Position numbers and translations under genes: made by a program. Positions 59,757 through 64,000 of a stretch of 64,000 nt of DNA are shown here, piece by piece (position 1 is the first letter of the stretch; each line of letters begins with the position of its first letter). The stretch comes from Candidatus Poribacteria bacterium (GTDB lineage: Bacteria; Poribacteria; WGA-4E; WGA-3G). Location of the stretch: assembly GCA_965205025.1 (NCBI GenBank), contig CBDBFU010000032.1:1-64000 (forward strand), given 5' to 3'. The notes under the pieces were generated by a model. The model saw nothing but the letters and a program-made list of their open reading frames with translations, ran no database searches and was not told the origin of the DNA.

Positions 59757-61637
59757 ATGACAAAGGGTATATTTTATTCGTTTACCTTGATATTGTTACT
59801 ATTTGTAATTTCGCTTGGTTATACTCAAAATGAATGGGTTAAAGTAAGTGAATCTCAATGGAATGCATCCTTTTCTGATGTGTTCTTTATTGATGATCAG
59901 AACGGATGGATTGTTGGTAGCAATTCTACCATACTCAACACTACGGATGGTGGCAAGACATGGAAAAATCAACCAAACCAACCATTACCCTTTAAAGTAG
60001 AATTAAAGAAAATCCGTTTTATCAATCCTAAAATCGGATGGGTTGTTGGTGAAAATGGTACAGTATTAAAAACGACAGACGGTGGAGCATTATGGAATAA
60101 ATTACCCACAGATACCAATGTTGCATTATTGGGAGTATCCTTTGCTGACGAAAAACATGGATGGGCATGCGGCGATGGTGGCTTCATCATGCATACAAAT
60201 AATGGCGGCGTCAGTTGGAAACAGCAGGAAATCGAAACAAATAATACCATTGAAGGTATACATTTCACATCTCCACAGACCGGTTGGGCAGCAGGGGGTG
60301 GTGGCACTTTACTCCATACAATTGATGGCGGAAATAATTGGGATTTCCAGACAAGTGCAACTGTCAATACACTGGATGCAATTTCAATGCTTGATGAAAC
60401 TACCGGTTGGGCAGTTGGAGCCGGTGGGGCTGTCGTTTCTACAAATGACGGTATGAATTGGATCGTACAACAAAGCAATGTGCCAAATTCAAACGGAATG
60501 CCTGAACCCATTTGGGATGTCCACTTTGCCGATATGTCTACTGGGATTGCTGCCGCAGAATTTGGTGTGATCCTCATTACGCAGGATGGTGGTACTACAT
60601 GGAAACCATATCCTGAAAGACCTGTCGCTGCTCGTTTGCAAGGCGTTCATATGATTAGTCCAACAGAATGTTGGATAGTCGGTGATAAAGCAACTATCCT
60701 CCACACAAATGATGGTGGCATGACATGGGATGTTATTTCAAATGCAAACGATTTACAAGCAGCACATTTTTACAATGATAACCTTGGATGGGCTGTCGGA
60801 TTAGCCGGAAGTGTCCTGCATACAAACGATAGTGGTAAAACATGGAAACCTCAAAATAGTGGTGATGTATTTGAACTCTTTGGTGTAGGATTTGTTAACG
60901 AAAATAAGGGGTATATTGTCGGTAGTAATGCCGCACTGCTTGAAACATTAGATGGAGGCAACACTTGGCATAGTGTAAGTGATCCTGGAGACGAAGGACA
61001 CGGTACCGCAAAAAGAATCAAATTCAGTGGTACATTCAGTTTCAAGAGTGCTGTGGGTTCATACGGATTGAGTTTTGGGACTGATAAACATGGATGGGCA
61101 GTCGGAGAAACTGGTAAGGTTATGAAAACTGAGGATGGGGGTGAAACTTGGTTTGGGGTAGATTTCGATACGGGTTTTACCGGCGCAGGGTTCAATAATT
61201 TATTCGGGGTTCATTTCATTAATAAGGATGTCGGTTGGTTAGTTGGTTTTGCTGGAACAATTGCAATGACCACAGATGCTGGACAAAACTGGACAATATC
61301 ATTTGGTTCATCTGAATTACAAGATGTCTACGGCATTAACCCTACAACCGCATGGGTTGCTGGTAGCGAAGGAACAATACAAATAACCACAGACGGAGGA
61401 GCAACTTGGATTGATCAAACTGTTCCAACAAATGAAAATTTAAACGCTATACTCTTTATTGATGAAAAAATAGGGTGGGCAGCTGGTGATAAAGGTGTAA
61501 TTGTCCATACAACTGATGGTGGTGTTACTTGGTTAGAATATCCATCACCTACAAAAAATAATATAAAAGATATTGTGAAAACACCTGAGGGAACTTTGTG
61601 GATGGTTGGGGATTCGACTACAATACTACGATATTAA
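59757..61637 (+). CDS. Secreted YCF48-like / BNR-repeat beta-propeller protein
   Basis: Signal peptide; many F....GW.VG..G.IL.T.DGG.TW repeats; start MTKG after GGAGG. Confidence 0.9.
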   Translation: MTKGIFYSFTLILLLFVISLGYTQNEWVKVSESQWNASFSDVFFIDDQNGWIVGSNSTILNTTDGGKTWKNQPNQPLPFKVELKKIRFINPKIGWVVGENGTVLKTTDGGALWNKLPTDTNVALLGVSFADEKHGWACGDGGFIMHTNNGGVSWKQQEIETNNTIEGIHFTSPQTGWAAGGGGTLLHTIDGGNNWDFQTSATVNTLDAISMLDETTGWAVGAGGAVVSTNDGMNWIVQQSNVPNSNGMPEPIWDVHFADMSTGIAAAEFGVILITQDGGTTWKPYPERPVAARLQGVHMISPTECWIVGDKATILHTNDGGMTWDVISNANDLQAAHFYNDNLGWAVGLAGSVLHTNDSGKTWKPQNSGDVFELFGVGFVNENKGYIVGSNAALLETLDGGNTWHSVSDPGDEGHGTAKRIKFSGTFSFKSAVGSYGLSFGTDKHGWAVGETGKVMKTEDGGETWFGVDFDTGFTGAGFNNLFGVHFINKDVGWLVGFAGTIAMTTDAGQNWTISFGSSELQDVYGINPTTAWVAGSEGTIQITTDGGATWIDQTVPTNENLNAILFIDEKIGWAAGDKGVIVHTTDGGVTWLEYPSPTKNNIKDIVKTPEGTLWMVGDSTTILRY

Positions 61638-61750
61638 TATCTGTCATTTACTTTAAGAAATTCTAATACTATTTCTGATAATTAAAGTCGCTTTTAATGT
61701 AGCATAAACTTCCAGTTTGTCCTGAGAATCTCCTTTGTAGCACAAACTTC

Positions 61751-61865
61751 ATGAGGATTAAGTAAATATTTCGGTAATTCTAATTTTTCCAAGCCCGGTA
61801 GGTGCGGTTTCCTAACCGCACTGGATCTTTCTTTTAAATTACCGAATTTAAAAATTAATCTTCAT
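61751..61865. mobile_element. MITE inserted in a GCACAAACT/AGTTTGTGC REP
   Basis: ATGAGGATTAA...TTCGGTAATT...GTAGGTGCGGTTTCCTAACCGCAC...AATTACCGAA...TTAATCTTCAT; the flanks rejoin to give the 4457-4540 unit. Confidence 0.85.
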
Positions 61866-61969
61866 CCAGTTTGTGCACTCTGCGGTTAACTTAAAGTTCG
61901 GTCTACAATGTGTCTTATCAAACTCACGTTAGAAATGGTTTAACATACTACCTTTTGGAGGATTAATTT

Positions 61970-63358
61970 ATGAATCCAATTAGGTTCCGTTACTCAATTT
62001 GGGTAGCAACCTTTTTATTCGTTATAGTATCAATCTCAATTCAAGCACAAGAATACAGAGAATTGACACTTGAAGATAGTCTGCAAATTGCACAAAAGGA
62101 TAATTTATCTATTCAGGCTGCAGAACAAAAACTTATCGCTGCAAAGACGCAGGTAGATTTAGCACGTTCAGCATTATTACCAAGACTTTCAGCAAATGGG
62201 AATTACACCTATTTTAAAGACATTCAGAAATCCGTTATTCAGGCTGAAGGAGGATTTGGATTTCCTACGCCAGCACAAGAAATGAATCAGATGTCCACGC
62301 CAGATCCTGATAATGAGGCTGAGTTAATTGAATTGGAATTTGGGGCACATCATAATGTACAAGGAACAGTAAATTTAACCCAACCAATTTTTGCATGGGG
62401 ACGGATCTATAATAACTATAAAGCTGCAACAATCGGATATACTGCGGCAGAAGAAGAATTATCATCTGCTTATGAGAATCTTCGCTTAACTGTGTATGAG
62501 TCCTTTTACGGTGTTCTGATTACCCAAGAATTTGTAAAAGTCGCTGAACAAAGTGTCGAATTGGTTGAACTGCAACTCGCTCTCGCTGAGAGATCTTTTG
62601 CAGTCGGAGCAACAACAAATTTTGATGTTCTACGCGCTAAAGTTCAACTCGCAAATACAAAATCACAGTTGATTCAGGCACGTAATAGAGTCAAGAATGC
62701 TAAAGATTCATATAAAACTATATTAAACATTCCTCTTACACAAGATATTTCTGTAAAGGGGTCATTCCAAATACAACAGATAGAGAAAAAACTCGATGAG
62801 TTAATCTCAATAGCTATGACCCATCGTCCAGAAGTAAAACAATCTAACCTAAATGAACAGATAGGACAAAAACAACTCAGTGTTGCTAAAACCCAAAACC
62901 TGCCTGATCTCGCTTTTTTCTCTAATTATCAAATATCCCATAGTGAAAGACTCACAGAGATGAATAGAATTTGGAGTTTAGGTTTACAAATTAATGTTCC
63001 TATATTCGACGGTTTCGCATCACGGGCAGCTGTAAAACAAACCGAATCTACACTTAAGCAGATTGAATTATCTTCAAAACAGATAAAATCTTCTGTAGAA
63101 TTTGAGGTAAGATCCTCATATCTTGCATTACTTGAAGCTAAAACCCTTATAGACGTACAAAAGGAAACTGTTGCTCAAGCAGATGCAAGTGTACGTTTAG
63201 CAAATCTACAATTTGAATCAGGTATAATAACCACTGTCGAATTAACCGATGCGCAACTTGCACTATTACAGGCAAAAGTCAATCGATTACAAGCACAACA
63301 CAATTATGTGATTGGTCTCGCAAGATTAGAAAAAGCAATTGGACAAAGGATACAGTGA
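61970..63358 (+). CDS. TolC-family outer-membrane efflux protein
   Basis: Signal peptide; LTLEDSLQIA, LLPRLS, G..T..DVL.A and INVPIFDG OEP motifs. Confidence 0.92.
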   Translation: MNPIRFRYSIWVATFLFVIVSISIQAQEYRELTLEDSLQIAQKDNLSIQAAEQKLIAAKTQVDLARSALLPRLSANGNYTYFKDIQKSVIQAEGGFGFPTPAQEMNQMSTPDPDNEAELIELEFGAHHNVQGTVNLTQPIFAWGRIYNNYKAATIGYTAAEEELSSAYENLRLTVYESFYGVLITQEFVKVAEQSVELVELQLALAERSFAVGATTNFDVLRAKVQLANTKSQLIQARNRVKNAKDSYKTILNIPLTQDISVKGSFQIQQIEKKLDELISIAMTHRPEVKQSNLNEQIGQKQLSVAKTQNLPDLAFFSNYQISHSERLTEMNRIWSLGLQINVPIFDGFASRAAVKQTESTLKQIELSSKQIKSSVEFEVRSSYLALLEAKTLIDVQKETVAQADASVRLANLQFESGIITTVELTDAQLALLQAKVNRLQAQHNYVIGLARLEKAIGQRIQ

Positions 63359-63444
63359 TATCTTGAAATCCAGAATCTATCATATTCACGGACACATTAT
63401 ATTTGAAACATACATTAAACAAAATAATCAAAGAACTCTATAAA

Positions 63445-63600
63445 TAACCCAAGTTGCTATGAACGGATTTGATCGTTCCAACACAGTTTTTATTACATTT
63501 TCCTCACCCCAGAGGGGTGATATGTCTATAGAAAAAGGTATATCAATATCCTGCACTCCAGCGGAGTGCTATGTAAGTAAATAGTTGGCAACTTAGGTTA
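63445..63600. mobile_element. ~155-bp MITE with 13-bp terminal inverted repeats, copy 2
   Basis: TAACCCAAGTTGC / GCAACTTAGGTTA; close match to 6962-7117. Confidence 0.8.
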
Positions 63601-63632
63601 TAAATAAAATTATTGGCAAGGAGACATCTATA

Positions 63633-64000
63633 GTGAGAACAATCTGGATTGTTATCATCATAATTGCAGTAGCCGCAGTTATTGCAATGTTCAGATTCTT
63701 AAAACCTGTGAAACCTGAACTTGATGAACTGGCTGATACATCCGTAGCTAAACCGGTAGAAATATCCAAAGCTAAGCGGGGAGAAATTAGGGCTGAACTA
63801 CAATTATCAGGGACGATTGAAGCACAAGCACAAGTAAGTGTTTTCCCAAAAATTGCTGGAAGAATTATTTCACTTTCAGTCACTGAGGGAGAAATGGTTA
63901 CTGCTGGACAATCCCTCGCTGTTGTAGAACATGAAGAATTGAAGTTGGCTGTTCAACAAGCTGAAGCGGTTTTAGATTCAGCAAAAGCTGCATATTCCCA
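63633..64000 (+). CDS. RND efflux periplasmic adaptor (partial, runs off the window)
   Basis: GTG start after AGGAG; TM anchor; LSGTIEA...VFPKIAGRI...VTEGEMVTAGQSL; follows the TolC gene. Confidence 0.88.
   Translation, partial: MRTIWIVIIIIAVAAVIAMFRFLKPVKPELDELADTSVAKPVEISKAKRGEIRAELQLSGTIEAQAQVSVFPKIAGRIISLSVTEGEMVTAGQSLAVVEHEELKLAVQQAEAVLDSAKAAYS

Noticed and set aside
59969-60577. 202-aa minus-strand ORF and similar short overlapping ORFs throughout the window
   Set aside because: Antisense or alternative-frame shadows of well-supported genes
1-64000. tRNA, rRNA, riboswitch or thrS T-box
   Set aside because: No recognisable cloverleaf, rRNA signature or T-box motif by eye; a covariance-model scan would be needed to exclude them

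Overview
AT-rich bacterial chromosome segment, most likely from Candidatus Poribacteria. That assignment is an inference from the several PhyH dioxygenases, Gfo/Idh/MocA oxidoreductases, a sulfatase-fold enzyme, a near-identical-repeat WD40 protein with a 'VESRGKKLVTLGQIK...NYPNPFNPETWI' tail, and an ECF sigma fused to a beta-propeller. Positions 1-35 kb and 57.8-64 kb hold mainly core and metabolic genes (thrS, iscS-like, uvrC, trmB, glnD, serA, MoxR, TolC/RND), two toxin-antitoxin pairs, and many GTAG-type REP hairpins and MITEs. Positions ~35.5-57.3 kb form an accessory island, which is the best candidate for an undescribed system. It has three gene modules, each pairing a highly divergent small secreted protein with one or two membrane-anchored proteins that share an unnamed C-terminal motif set. 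One module heads an operon with GT-C, GT4 and GT2 glycosyltransferases and a methyltransferase. Two modules are preceded by the same ~250-bp non-coding element, which has a sharp 5'-TGTCATAGTGAGTAA boundary and in one case truncates a WD40 gene. A shared ECF-type promoter motif sits upstream of two modules and of the island's own ECF sigma gene. Other notable items are an IS4-family element whose 20-bp flanking direct repeat is exactly a REP hairpin, and a MITE inserted three times at the same point of another REP. No rRNA, tRNA or CRISPR array was seen. All assignments were made by eye, without database searches.
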